Shown piece after piece: positions 1 through 9,747 of a DNA stretch of 32,000 nt (the stretch's first letter is position 1; every line of letters starts with the position of its first letter). The stretch is from Candidatus Saccharimonadota bacterium (GTDB taxonomy: Bacteria; Pseudomonadota; Alphaproteobacteria; Rickettsiales; Anaplasmataceae). The notes below the pieces were generated by a model. That model was given only the letters and a program-made list of their open reading frames with translations. It searched no databases and was not told where the DNA came from. The stretch is from positions 690,001 to 722,000 of the forward strand of contig NZ_CP046579.1 of NCBI RefSeq assembly GCF_013365475.1, given 5' to 3'. The translations under genes and the position numbers were made by a program.

Positions 1-722
1 TTGAAGGAGTTGCAAAGCATAATGGTCCTCTGCTCGGCCAGAATGCATCATTCCACACAAACAATCAGCTATTGTTAGAATACAATGAAAAATATGATTT
101 AAAACTTGAAAAATTTTCAAGCATCGAAGCACAGGTCGCTTCGATTGCAGATGATATCGCATACAGCGTTCATGATCTTGATGATGCATTGAGAGGAAAT
201 TTAATAACTGTAGAAGACCTGTTCAGTATTCCTTTAATTGGACAAATATTTGAAGATATAAAAAGAAAGTATTCAGGATTATCCCAGAATAAACTTACAC
301 ATGAATCTCTCAGTAGAACCATAGGAATTATGATAAGTGACGTTGTTTCTCAGACTAAAAAGAACATTGAGGATTATAAAATAGAAAGTGTAGAAGACGT
401 AAGAAGTTTAAACAAGATGCTAGTTATATTCTCACCAGAAGTTGCAAATGCTACAAAAGAAATGAAAAAATTTAATATAGAAAAAATATACAAGAGCTAT
501 AAACTCAATAGGACTATGAATAAAGCAAAACGTATAGTACAAGAGCTTTTCAAGTGTTTTTATGAAAACCCTGAGCTATTGCCTATAGAGTGGTGTAGGC
601 TTGCTTGTGAGTTTGAACGTTCAGTAGTAATATGTGACTATATCTCTGGTATGACAGATAGATTTGCCATATATGAACATAGAAGAATTTTTGATACCTC
701 ATATGAAATGACTTCCTTCTAA
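1..722 (+). CDS. dgt: dGTP triphosphohydrolase-like HD-domain protein; the 5' end is cut by the window edge.
   Basis: The frame stays open from nt 3 (EGVAKHNGPLLGQ...), upstream of the listed TTG at 72. It contains the ADDIAYSVHDLDDALRG motif typical of dGTPase-like HD phosphohydrolases. The C-terminal ISGMTDRFA segment also fits. The TAA stop at 720-722 overlaps the ribD ATG by 1 nt. Confidence 0.85.
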   Translation, partial: EGVAKHNGPLLGQNASFHTNNQLLLEYNEKYDLKLEKFSSIEAQVASIADDIAYSVHDLDDALRGNLITVEDLFSIPLIGQIFEDIKRKYSGLSQNKLTHESLSRTIGIMISDVVSQTKKNIEDYKIESVEDVRSLNKMLVIFSPEVANATKEMKKFNIEKIYKSYKLNRTMNKAKRIVQELFKCFYENPELLPIEWCRLACEFERSVVICDYISGMTDRFAIYEHRRIFDTSYEMTSF

Positions 723-1945
723 TGACAGATAACCATTTCATGTCAATAGCATTAAAGCTTGCGGAAAGAACTCTTGGGAGTGTTGCACCAAATCCTGCTG
801 TTGGATGTGTTATTGTAAAAGATGATGTGGTAATTGGGAAAGGTTATACAGGAATTGGTGGACGTCCACATGCAGAAATAATTGCCCTACAAAGGGCTAA
901 AGATTTAACTCATGGTGCGACTATGTACGTTACTCTTGAACCATGCTGCCACTTTGGAATCACAGAGCCTTGCACTACAGAAATTATAAGATCTGGAATA
1001 AGAAGAGTAGTAATTGCGACAATCGATCCTGATGAAAGAGTTCTAGGCATGGGAGTCAAAGCTTTAGAAGAAGCTGGAATTGAAGTTGAGCAAGGCATCA
1101 TGCAAAAAAAAGCAGAAAAATTGAACATTGGGTTTTTTACTACCAAGAAATTACATAGACCATTCATAGTTTGTAAAATCGCAACAACTCTTGATGGGAA
1201 GATTGCAACGTTTACAGGTAATAGCAAATGGGTAACAAGTAAAGATACAAGAAATTGGGTACATGAACTAAGAGCAAAACATGATGCAATTATGATTGGT
1301 AGCAATACTTTAATTAGTGACAATCCACTGCTAACTTGTAGGCTACCAGGACTTGAATGTAGATCACCAATCAGGCTGATTATTGACAGTCAAGAAAAAT
1401 TGAAAGAAGAGCACAATATTGTAAAAACTGCAGATAAAGTAATGACTTGGGTAATCACGAATAAAGAAGTAGAAAGGAAAATACAAAATATTAACTATTT
1501 AATAGTCAATTCAAATAGAAAAATTCCTGTTGCTAAAGTGTCCAAACAAGTGAATCGAGAAATTTCAGCTTTAAAGCAGTATACTAAATGTTTATATAAC
1601 ATACACAAGATTTCTGAGTCAGATATTAAAGAAATGCAAGAGCAAGAAAAACCTGATGTTTTCGATAAAATATGTCTAAAAGACATGGCATCAAAACTTG
1701 TTTCAGAAATCGGTATAACAAGATTATTAGTTGAAGGTGGCATGATATTAACAACAGAACTATTAAAGTCTAATTTAATAGACAGATTAATAGTCTGCCG
1801 TAGTGGTAAAATCCTTGGTAATGATGCTATTCCTTTTATAGGAAATTTGGGAATTCAATTCATTAACAACTGTTATCAATTCAAGAAAGCAGAAGTAATA
1901 GATCTTGATCAAGATATAGTCGAAGTTTGGGACAAATTACCTTAA
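722..1945 (+). CDS. ribD: Bifunctional riboflavin biosynthesis protein RibD (pyrimidine deaminase / uracil reductase).
   Basis: The N-terminal CMP/dCMP-type deaminase zinc motifs are present (HAE at aa 50-52, PCxxC-like EPCCHFGITEPC). The C-terminal RibD reductase domain is recognisable (KIATTLDGKIA, LLVEGG). At 407 aa it is longer than typical RibD because of an insert near aa 268-316. Confidence 0.9.
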   Translation: MTDNHFMSIALKLAERTLGSVAPNPAVGCVIVKDDVVIGKGYTGIGGRPHAEIIALQRAKDLTHGATMYVTLEPCCHFGITEPCTTEIIRSGIRRVVIATIDPDERVLGMGVKALEEAGIEVEQGIMQKKAEKLNIGFFTTKKLHRPFIVCKIATTLDGKIATFTGNSKWVTSKDTRNWVHELRAKHDAIMIGSNTLISDNPLLTCRLPGLECRSPIRLIIDSQEKLKEEHNIVKTADKVMTWVITNKEVERKIQNINYLIVNSNRKIPVAKVSKQVNREISALKQYTKCLYNIHKISESDIKEMQEQEKPDVFDKICLKDMASKLVSEIGITRLLVEGGMILTTELLKSNLIDRLIVCRSGKILGNDAIPFIGNLGIQFINNCYQFKKAEVIDLDQDIVEVWDKLP

Positions 1946-2382
1946 TTTTTGCATATCCAGGTATAAAGAAAAAGGTAGAAAACCTACCCTTTTAGTTAAC
2001 TCATAGTAATGTCAAGTCTTGTTTTCCTTATTTAGATTAGCTTCAGTAGATAAGTTTTTAGTTTTCACTTCAATTTTTTTTCTTAAATCAAAATCCTCTC
2101 TTTATTTACTCAGTACTTCAGATATTGAATCATCATTTACTTTTCATTTTTATGAATCCACCTAAGGAACAAAGCAAGCAGCAAAGTATAGCAATAATAA
2201 ATGCAACTAACTTAATCATAACACTTTATATTACTCAATATTTACATATCAAAATAACTAAATTTTTTATTATTATGATAAGGAAATCAGCAAGTTTTAT
2301 AAGTAATATTTAATCTATATTTTTATGTCTTAAGAAATCTGAATGTTAGTTAATTGCTTGAGTACCTGCATTGCTGTAAAAT

Positions 2383-2412
2383 TTGACATTTACCACTAAT
2401 AACTGGAATATT
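2383..2412 (+). promoter_or_regulatory. Candidate sigma70-type promoter for mnmG.
   Basis: A perfect TTGACA lies at 2383-2388. An 18-nt spacer is followed by an extended -10-like TGgAATATT (TG 2404-2405, hexamer 2407-2412). This sits about 25 nt upstream of the mnmG ATG. Such matches are common by chance in AT-rich DNA. Confidence 0.3.
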
Positions 2413-2437
2413 AAAAGTGTCAATTATTTAAAAAAGC

Positions 2438-4345
2438 ATGCATACATATGATGTAGTAGTAGTAGGTGGCGGTCATGCTGGTTGTGAAGCAGCTGCAGCC
2501 GCAGCTCGCCTTGGTGCATATACACTACTTATAACTCACAAAGTCTCAACCATAGGAGAAATGTCTTGCAATCCAGCAATTGGAGGGATTGCAAAGGGTG
2601 TTGTAGTCAGGGAGATCGATGCTCTCGACGGGATAATAGCAAGAGCAATTGATCAGGCAAGTATACACTCGGTTATTTTAAATAGCAGCAGAGGTGCAGC
2701 AGTATGGGGACCACGTGCACAGGCAGATCGAAAATTATATAAGAAGGCAATACAGAAAATTATTCTAAATTATGATAATTTAACAGTAAAAGAAGAGTCC
2801 GTTGACGATTTTCTTATTGAGAGCAATAGCAATGGAGAGCAGTATATCAAAGCAGTTATAACAAGCTCTGGCGAACGTATACTGACAAGTAAAGTAGTTT
2901 TAACTACAGGAACCTTTCTGGAAGGTATAATCCATATAGGTAAACGAACAACTCCATCAGGAAGAATGGGAGAGAAGTCTACAATAGGGCTTGCAAATAC
3001 ATTAAGAAAATACAATTTTAAACTAGGCAGATTGCGTACAGGAACTCCACCAAGACTTGATCGTAGTACCATAAACTTCTCAGTACTGCAGGAACAAGCA
3101 GGAGATAATCCACCTATACCATTTTCTTATCTCACAGAAAAAATCAAACAACCTCAAGTTTCATGCTTTATTACTTATACTAATGAAAACACACATAGGA
3201 TAATTCAAGAGAATCTTCATAAATCAGCTTCTTCATATCTTTGCAACATCGTTGCACCAAGATACTGTCCGTCAATTGAAACTAAAATTAAAAAATTTAT
3301 GAAAAGGAATAGTCATCAAATATTTCTAGAGCCAGAAAGTCTTGATGATAAAACTATATACCCAAACGGAATCTCAAATTCATTGCCTATCGAAGTACAG
3401 CGTGAGATGGTAAGGAGCATTAAAGGACTTGAGAACGCAGAGATGTTAAGACCTGGTTATGCAGTTGAATATGATTATATTGACCCAAGAGAGCTATTTC
3501 ATACCCTAGAAACCAAAAAAATTAGAGGGCTATATTTCGCAGGTCAAATTAATGGAACTACAGGATATGAAGAAGCAGCAGGGCAAGGAATTATTGCTGG
3601 AATTAACGCAGCACTTTCTGCAGTTAAAGAAAAGAAAAGCTTTATTCTCAGCCGCACAGATTCATATATTGGTGTAATGATAGATGATCTAGTCACTAAA
3701 GGAGTAACAGAACCTTATAGGCTATTTACCTCACGTGCAGAATATAGGCTTTCAATCAGATCAGACAATGCAGATAGAAGATTAACACAAAAAGGATATG
3801 ATATTTCACTTGTATCGTATAAGAGGTACTCTGCTTTACAAAGCAAACTTAAGTCTATTAAGCAACTCGAGAAAGATTTAGAGAACTTAATAATCACCCA
3901 TGAACAGCTTAAGTCTTATGACATAAAAATATCTTATGATGGAATAAGAAAAACAGCCCTGGATTTACTTAGCTACCCAAATATCAACTGGAATAAGTTA
4001 TATAAAATATGGCTAGAATCAAACAGTGTTATGCCTCAAAGTGGTACTATAAGAAATGAAATATTCGAGGCAGTTGCAATTGAAGCAAAGTACAAGCCTT
4101 ACCTAATAAGGCAAGAAGCAGACATGCAATTTTTGCAGGAGGAAATTAATACTCAAATTCCAATTGATTTCAACTATTCACAAGTTCATGGTCTATCAAG
4201 TGAAGTAATAGAAAAATTACATGCAGTAAAACCATCAACAATTGGTATTGCAAAGCAAATACAAGGTATTACTCCAGCAGCAATAGTTAGTATATTGGTG
4301 AATTTGAGAAACAAAAAAATGAAAGCATTAACAAATTCTGCGTGA
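2438..4345 (+). CDS. mnmG: tRNA uridine 5-carboxymethylaminomethyl modification enzyme MnmG (GidA).
   Basis: The N-terminal FAD fold [16 protein letters not shown] is present. GidA signature stretches follow (GPRYCPSIE-like [36 protein letters not shown]). The length of 635 aa is typical. Confidence 0.95.
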   Translation: MHTYDVVVVGGGHAGCEAAAAAARLGAYTLLITHKVSTIGEMSCNPAIGGIAKGVVVREIDALDGIIARAIDQASIHSVILNSSRGAAVWGPRAQADRKLYKKAIQKIILNYDNLTVKEESVDDFLIESNSNGEQYIKAVITSSGERILTSKVVLTTGTFLEGIIHIGKRTTPSGRMGEKSTIGLANTLRKYNFKLGRLRTGTPPRLDRSTINFSVLQEQAGDNPPIPFSYLTEKIKQPQVSCFITYTNENTHRIIQENLHKSASSYLCNIVAPRYCPSIETKIKKFMKRNSHQIFLEPESLDDKTIYPNGISNSLPIEVQREMVRSIKGLENAEMLRPGYAVEYDYIDPRELFHTLETKKIRGLYFAGQINGTTGYEEAAGQGIIAGINAALSAVKEKKSFILSRTDSYIGVMIDDLVTKGVTEPYRLFTSRAEYRLSIRSDNADRRLTQKGYDISLVSYKRYSALQSKLKSIKQLEKDLENLIITHEQLKSYDIKISYDGIRKTALDLLSYPNINWNKLYKIWLESNSVMPQSGTIRNEIFEAVAIEAKYKPYLIRQEADMQFLQEEINTQIPIDFNYSQVHGLSSEVIEKLHAVKPSTIGIAKQIQGITPAAIVSILVNLRNKKMKALTNSA

Positions 4346-4352
4346 GGTACTT

Positions 4353-6098
4353 GTGTCAAAACTAGAAGAATTTCGTTCTTTTATGTGTAAAATAAATGTA
4401 GATGTATTTATGTTGCGCACTAATGATGAATATTTAAATGAACACTCAGATGAGTTAACCAGGTTATGTGGTTTTACAGGAACAAATGGCTTGCTCTTTG
4501 TTACAAAGAACAACAAGTGTATATTTTTTACAGATAGTCGTTATATCATGCAAGTTCATAATCAGATCGATCTGAGAAGTTTCCAAGTATATAATATACA
4601 AGAGAAAGAGCCATGCGAATGGGTAAAAGAAAACTTAACATCAACCACTTCACTAGGCTATTACTTGCAGTATTCTACTGCAAAAGAGATAAGAAAATAT
4701 GAAAAAATCTGTAGATTAGTACCTTATTCAATTAAAAAAGAAAAAAATCATAAAGAACAAATGATAGTTTCGTACACATCTGAGTACTCAGGTGAAAGTA
4801 GCAAGAGTAAATGTGAAAGAGTAATCAAAAGTATAGATCAAGAAATCGAAGCAATATTTCTAGCTGACCCGAATTCAATTTCTTGGTTATTAAATTTAAG
4901 AAATGAAAATGCTAAGTATAATCCATGCATACTAGGTAGTGTTCTATTATATAGAAATGGTATGGTTGATTTATTTATTCAAGACAAAGAATACTCAACT
5001 ATACAAGCAAATTTGGATGACAATATAAATATTCTTGACGCTAGCGAACTAGAAAGTTCATTATGTAAACTAAACTCGATAATGATAGATCCAAGCACAA
5101 CTCCAATGAGTATTATGAATATAATACAAAGCAATCATCTGGTAGTTGAAAAGGAGGATCCTTGCTTAATTCACAAGGCAATAAAAAATAAAACTGAAAT
5201 AGTTGGAGCTATAAATGCACACATTCGGGATGGGGTAGCAGTAACAAATTTTCTATGCTGGCTTGAAAATAATGTCAATAAGTCTCTTGTAGATCCATAT
5301 ATTATACAAGCAACTAGTAATGAAATTACCGAACTCAACGCTGAAGCGAGACTCTTAAAATACAGAAAAGAGCAAGCTCTGTTTAAACAATCAAGCTTTC
5401 CAACGATATCTGCATTTAATGAAAATGGGGCAATAATTCATTACCGCTCAACCTATGAGACAAACAAAGTAATCCAAAAAAATGGACTATATTTGATTGA
5501 CTCTGGTGGCCAATATCTTGATGGTACGACTGATGTTACAAGAGCTATAGCAATAGGCAACCCTACTAATGAGCAAATAACTCACTATACAATAGTATTG
5601 AAAGCTCACATCGCTATAGCAAGTGCAATCTTTCCTTTTAGTACCACTGGCGGAGAGCTAGATATACTGGCTCGTGTTCATTTATGGAGATTTGGAATAG
5701 ATTACATGCATGGTACAGGACATGGAGTAGGAAGTTATTTATCAGTGCATGAAGGGCCACAAGCAATATCAAAAGGAAATGAAGTAAAACTTATGCCAGG
5801 AATGATACTTTCTAATGAACCTGGTTATTACATTCCAGGAAAGTATGGAATAAGGATTGAAAATTTGATGTATGTTAATAGACAAGAAAATGGTCTTTTA
5901 AACTTTAAACAACTGACTTCTATTCCATATGACAGAAGGCTAATATGCCAGCAAATGCTTACTAAAGATGAAATTAAATGGATAAATAATTATCACAAAT
6001 TCGTCTATAAAAACTTAAAAAATAATGTCAGTGATAAGAAATGGTTAAAGAAAATATGTGCCCCTTTACAAATAAAAAAAGAGATTGCTAATCTTTAA
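4353..6098 (+). CDS. pepP: Xaa-Pro aminopeptidase (M24B, aminopeptidase P).
   Basis: The C-terminal M24 pita-bread motifs are present (DSGGQY, HGTGHGVGSYLSVHEGP, SNEPGYY, RIEN). The start is GTG, with GAGG 6-9 nt upstream. An in-frame ATG 9 codons downstream is an alternative start. Confidence 0.9.
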   Translation: MSKLEEFRSFMCKINVDVFMLRTNDEYLNEHSDELTRLCGFTGTNGLLFVTKNNKCIFFTDSRYIMQVHNQIDLRSFQVYNIQEKEPCEWVKENLTSTTSLGYYLQYSTAKEIRKYEKICRLVPYSIKKEKNHKEQMIVSYTSEYSGESSKSKCERVIKSIDQEIEAIFLADPNSISWLLNLRNENAKYNPCILGSVLLYRNGMVDLFIQDKEYSTIQANLDDNINILDASELESSLCKLNSIMIDPSTTPMSIMNIIQSNHLVVEKEDPCLIHKAIKNKTEIVGAINAHIRDGVAVTNFLCWLENNVNKSLVDPYIIQATSNEITELNAEARLLKYRKEQALFKQSSFPTISAFNENGAIIHYRSTYETNKVIQKNGLYLIDSGGQYLDGTTDVTRAIAIGNPTNEQITHYTIVLKAHIAIASAIFPFSTTGGELDILARVHLWRFGIDYMHGTGHGVGSYLSVHEGPQAISKGNEVKLMPGMILSNEPGYYIPGKYGIRIENLMYVNRQENGLLNFKQLTSIPYDRRLICQQMLTKDEIKWINNYHKFVYKNLKNNVSDKKWLKKICAPLQIKKEIANL

Positions 6099-6190
6099 TG
6101 ATACTGATAGTTGTAATAGGTACAATCATATTGTCTTTAGCTTAAAAACAATATACAATAATAAGCACATATTTCCAGGTAGGTATAGTT

Positions 6191-6559
6191 ATGATAGATA
6201 AAATACAGGAAGATGAGTTTATGAAACAGTATATGGATACTTGTAAAGAACAAATAGAAAAATTAGCTAAGGACCCTGAATTACTCAATCAAACCTTAAA
6301 ACCATTTATGCAAATGTCTCAACAGCTCATGGCTGGTAGCATGTTAGAAAGCTCTATACCTGATATAGTATCTAATTTAAGCAGCATGGATATCAATAAA
6401 GTTATTATTCAGATGAAGGAAATGATCGACTATATAAAAAGCAACTATAAGGAGATTATGAAAAAAGATGATTCTCAGATTCAGGAGCTCAACGAAGCTA
6501 GTAAGAAGTTGAGAGGTTTAGTCAGAAAGCTAATAGAAAAAATCGAAAACAATAAATAA
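6191..6559 (+). CDS. Hypothetical 122-aa protein, predicted all-helical or coiled-coil, with no signal peptide.
   Basis: It is an ATG-started ORF with AGGTAGGT upstream. It fills a gap between pepP and the convergent fabH. I recognise no family motif. The composition is K/E/M/Q-rich with a basic C-terminus. Confidence 0.5.
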   Translation: MIDKIQEDEFMKQYMDTCKEQIEKLAKDPELLNQTLKPFMQMSQQLMAGSMLESSIPDIVSNLSSMDINKVIIQMKEMIDYIKSNYKEIMKKDDSQIQELNEASKKLRGLVRKLIEKIENNK

Positions 6560-6596
6560 CAAGGTTGCAGTGTTAGTAGCGTAGTAACACAGAACC
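6541..6596 (-). terminator. Candidate intrinsic terminator for rpmF-plsX-fabH.
   Basis: On the minus-strand RNA the structure is GGUU-cu-GUGUUA-(9 nt loop)-UAACAC-ugc-AACC, spanning 6563-6596. A U-rich tail UUGUUAUUUAUUGUUUUCGAUU follows. The hairpin spans the fabH stop codon at 6573-6575. The tail is antisense to the 3' end of the 122-aa ORF. Confidence 0.4.
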
Positions 6597-7568
6597 CCAT
6601 GTTAGACCTGCGCCTATTGCAATTAGTAGCCCCAAGCTTCCTGGTTTTATTTTTGATTTTTGTATTGCATAATCAAGTGCTAATGGAATTGATGCTGCTG
6701 AGGTGTTTGCATGCTGATCAATTGTATTGACTACTTTTTCTATAGAAAAGTCTAACTTCTTTACTACAGCCTCAACAATACGAATATTTGCTTGGTGTGG
6801 GGTTAACCAATCAATATCAGTAATTTTTAAATTATTAAATTCTAGTGCTTCCTCTACCGAGGAAGTTAATTTATCCACTGCATGCTTAAACATTTCTCTC
6901 CCACTCATACATATTTTCCCAGGACTGCCAGTTGAAGATACACCACCATCTGTATATAATATACCTATATTCCCATCAGAATATAGGTTAGTTGACATTA
7001 TTCCACTCATAGACTTCTCTGTTATATCATTATAATGGATTACAGATTTTATTACTATTGCACCAGCACCATCACCAAATAGTACACAAGTAGATCTATC
7101 TCCCCAATCAACAATTCTAGACATTACCTCAGCACCTATAACTAGCGCATATTTAATGCTATTACTAGCTTTAATAAGAGAATCTGCGACTGTAATTGCA
7201 TATATAAAACCAGAACACGCTGCTTGTATATCAAAAGCAAACGCATTTTTACACTTTAACCTGCTTTGTACAATAGTTGCACAACTAGGAAAGGTTTTAT
7301 CAGGAGTTGTTGTTGCTACTATGATTAAATCAATTTCATCTACTGAAATTTGAGCTCTTTTTATAGCATCTTTTGCTGCATTAACAGCTAGATCTGACGT
7401 TAATTCTTCTTCACCTGCTATATGCCTTTGAGTTATTCCTGTCCTCTCTCTAATCCATTCATCACTTGTTTCAACTATTAATGCAACCTCATCATTACTC
7501 AACTTTTTTTTTGGTAAATAAGACCCAGTACTCAATATTAAACTTTTATTCAATGTGGCCCACCTCAT
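6573..7568 (-). CDS. fabH: 3-oxoacyl-ACP synthase III (FabH).
   Basis: The sequence shows GSYLP near the N-terminus. The active-site Cys context is AACSGF, and later motifs are PHQAN and GAGLTWG. The ATG at 7568 overlaps the plsX end by 23 nt. A TTG 5 codons downstream is an alternative start. Confidence 0.92.
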   Translation of the reverse strand: MRWATLNKSLILSTGSYLPKKKLSNDEVALIVETSDEWIRERTGITQRHIAGEEELTSDLAVNAAKDAIKRAQISVDEIDLIIVATTTPDKTFPSCATIVQSRLKCKNAFAFDIQAACSGFIYAITVADSLIKASNSIKYALVIGAEVMSRIVDWGDRSTCVLFGDGAGAIVIKSVIHYNDITEKSMSGIMSTNLYSDGNIGILYTDGGVSSTGSPGKICMSGREMFKHAVDKLTSSVEEALEFNNLKITDIDWLTPHQANIRIVEAVVKKLDFSIEKVVNTIDQHANTSAASIPLALDYAIQKSKIKPGSLGLLIAIGAGLTWGSVLLRY

Positions 7569-8583
7569 TAACTATCTTCTGGTTTAAATTTTCACTAATA
7601 ACACTCACTGCAAACTTTATAGCATAAGCAAAAGAAACAGCATCAGAATTTCCATGACTCTTAATGACTACACCATTTAACCCTAAAAACATAGCTCCAT
7701 TTCTAACTTGTGGATTGAAACGAGTTAGTACCTTACTAAGTTTGGATCTTAATAATATACCAATAAGCAATCTTGATACCCATGAGCTGAGCACTTCCTG
7801 CTTTATTAAATTAATAAAAGCACTAGCAGTTGCCTCCGCTGTTTTAAGCATTACATTGCCTACAAAACCGTCAGTAACAATCACATCAATAGTACCTTCC
7901 AGAAATTCACTTGCCTCTATATATCCCTTAAAATTAATACTTGGAGTGCCTTTGAGTAACTCAAAAGCTCCTCGAACTGAGTCAGTACCTTTAATTTCTT
8001 CTGTACCAATATTTAGCAAAGCAACTTCAGGATTGTCAACTTTCAATGCTATTCTTGCAAAGGTACTTCCCATCAATGCAAATTGAAATAATGAGTCAGC
8101 ATTACAATCAACATTTGCACCAAGATCAAGCAACACAAAGCTTTTTGCTTTAGTTGGACAAACAGACACAATAGCAGGACGATGGATATTTGGCAGTATT
8201 CCTAGAATAAACCTAGAAATTGCCATCAATGCACCAGTATTACCTGAAGAAACTGCTCCAGAAGCCTTACCTCTTTTTACTGCCTCAATAGCTGCTTTCA
8301 TACTTGAATCTTTGCGATGCCTTAGTGCAAAAGAAGGTTTGTCATCTGCAAGAACACTGTCAGAACAATGAATCAGCTCAGAACTATCACTTACCTTCTT
8401 ATATTTTAAAAGTAAAGGAGATATCTCTTCTTTATTCCCATAAATATGAAAAAAAACCTCAGTACCTGAGTCAATGAGGTTCTCTAAAAAAAAACTAGCA
8501 CCTTGAATCACTGAAAGAGGCGCAAAATCACCACCCATAGCATCAAGCGCAACAACTATGTTACTATTAATCTGGGATAACAT
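7546..8583 (-). CDS. plsX: Phosphate acyltransferase PlsX.
   Basis: The sequence matches PlsX in several stretches (VALDAMGGD, SSGNTGALMA, GNVMLKT, HGNSDA). It sits in the conserved rpmF-plsX-fabH order. Confidence 0.92.
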   Translation of the reverse strand: MLSQINSNIVVALDAMGGDFAPLSVIQGASFFLENLIDSGTEVFFHIYGNKEEISPLLLKYKKVSDSSELIHCSDSVLADDKPSFALRHRKDSSMKAAIEAVKRGKASGAVSSGNTGALMAISRFILGILPNIHRPAIVSVCPTKAKSFVLLDLGANVDCNADSLFQFALMGSTFARIALKVDNPEVALLNIGTEEIKGTDSVRGAFELLKGTPSINFKGYIEASEFLEGTIDVIVTDGFVGNVMLKTAEATASAFINLIKQEVLSSWVSRLLIGILLRSKLSKVLTRFNPQVRNGAMFLGLNGVVIKSHGNSDAVSFAYAIKFAVSVISENLNQKIVNEVGHIE

Positions 8584-8593
8584 ATCATAATAA

Positions 8594-8776
8594 TTACTCT
8601 TTTTGTTGTTTTATGAAAATACGTTTTCCTTTATAGCTGCCATCAATTGCAATGTTATGAGATAACATAAATTCTCCAGTTGCCGTACATACCGCAATAT
8701 TCTTAGGTTCAATGGCAAGGTGAGAACGATGCATATTGCGCTTTGATCTTGACTTTTTTTTCTTTGGAACTGCCAA
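8594..8776 (-). CDS. rpmF: 50S ribosomal protein L32.
   Basis: The N-terminus MAVPKKKKSRSKRNMHRSH matches the L32 signature. The start codon is TTG, with a strong GGAGG (complement of 8783-8787) 6 nt upstream. Confidence 0.9.
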   Translation of the reverse strand: MAVPKKKKSRSKRNMHRSHLAIEPKNIAVCTATGEFMLSHNIAIDGSYKGKRIFIKQQKE

Positions 8777-9540
8777 AACTCTCCTCCAGTTACTATAAAA
8801 ATTTAGTTAATGATTAACATGTTTCTTATAAAAAGTAAATATTGATAGCGAAATAAGCAAGATTTTCCTATGTGATTAGCTAGTCCAAGTTTTAAACCTA
8901 AGTATTTCAGAAAAATATATGTACCTCAAATATACTTTGGCTACATATGAAACAAAGCTAATTTGACGCTAAGGTAAGTGTACTATTTCATAGTATCATA
9001 CATTTAATGATATAGCAAATCAGATCATAGAAGTAGATTTTTCTTTACTAACTGTTAAGCTGAATTTATTGAATCACCACTACAAAGTAATTATACTAGT
9101 TCTAAGCAATCTTATAATATTAAAAAAGGTAAGATACCAATTGTAGAGAAACTATTATAATATACATTATTCAGCCATAGATATAATAATAATTTTAAAT
9201 ATTTGATTTACTAAGAATCTTAGTATTAATATACTACATGGTTTCCGAGATCAACTACAATTAAATATATATGTAATATATAAAATATATAGTGCAACTT
9301 TCAGTACATTGCTCCGTTACTAATCCGCTATATTAGATTCAAAGCCTACCTAAATAAATTTAGGGACTTATTTAAGGATTCCAATCTACTTAACTATATT
9401 ACATATAAAAAATAACATCCTCAACTATAAAGAACACTCTAGTGACATCACAAAAAAAGGAAAAGTAATTAGCAAGCAAGAAGCTCAATGTAATTGAATT
9501 AGGAGAGACGAGTAAGTGCATTCTTAATAGTATTAATTAA

Positions 9541-9747
9541 CTAGATAAAAAAGGATATGGCTACAACAGAAATTGCACTCAATTGATAGAAACTATATTG
9601 ACATACAACATCAAAGATAGATCCAACTTTATATAAAACATAGCAAAAAGGTAGCTGTATCATAGCAAAGAACAGACCATAACGAAATTTTAAAAAAGTA
9701 ATCATATGGAGAAATTCATTTGCTATATATGGACGAAGTAAAAACAC
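9541..9747 (-). CDS. Questionable 68-aa hydrophobic ORF directly abutting the ccmE stop.
   Basis: A GTG start follows immediately after the ccmE TAG. Two hydrophobic stretches are present and no family motif is recognised. Its F/I/L/Y-rich composition is what random AT-rich DNA also yields. Confidence 0.2.
   Translation of the reverse strand: MFLLRPYIANEFLHMITFLKFRYGLFFAMIQLPFCYVLYKVGSIFDVVCQYSFYQLSAISVVAISFFI

Noticed and set aside
910-1743. Minus-strand ORFs 910-1323 (137 aa) and 1495-1743 (82 aa).
   Set aside because: They lie entirely antisense within ribD, whose deaminase and reductase motifs are unambiguous. Neither has a motif of its own. They are typical shadow ORFs.
2125-2313. Plus-strand 62-aa ORF in the ribD-mnmG spacer.
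   Set aside because: It has a TTG start and no ribosome-binding site. Its I/F/K/N-rich composition is expected from random AT-rich DNA, and it has no recognisable motif.
2770-4516. Minus-strand ORFs 2770-3072, 3715-3897 and 4328-4516.
   Set aside because: They are antisense to the well-supported mnmG and pepP genes and have no independent support.
6727-8086. Plus-strand ORFs 6727-7035, 7156-7353 and 7664-8086.
   Set aside because: They are antisense shadows of fabH and plsX.
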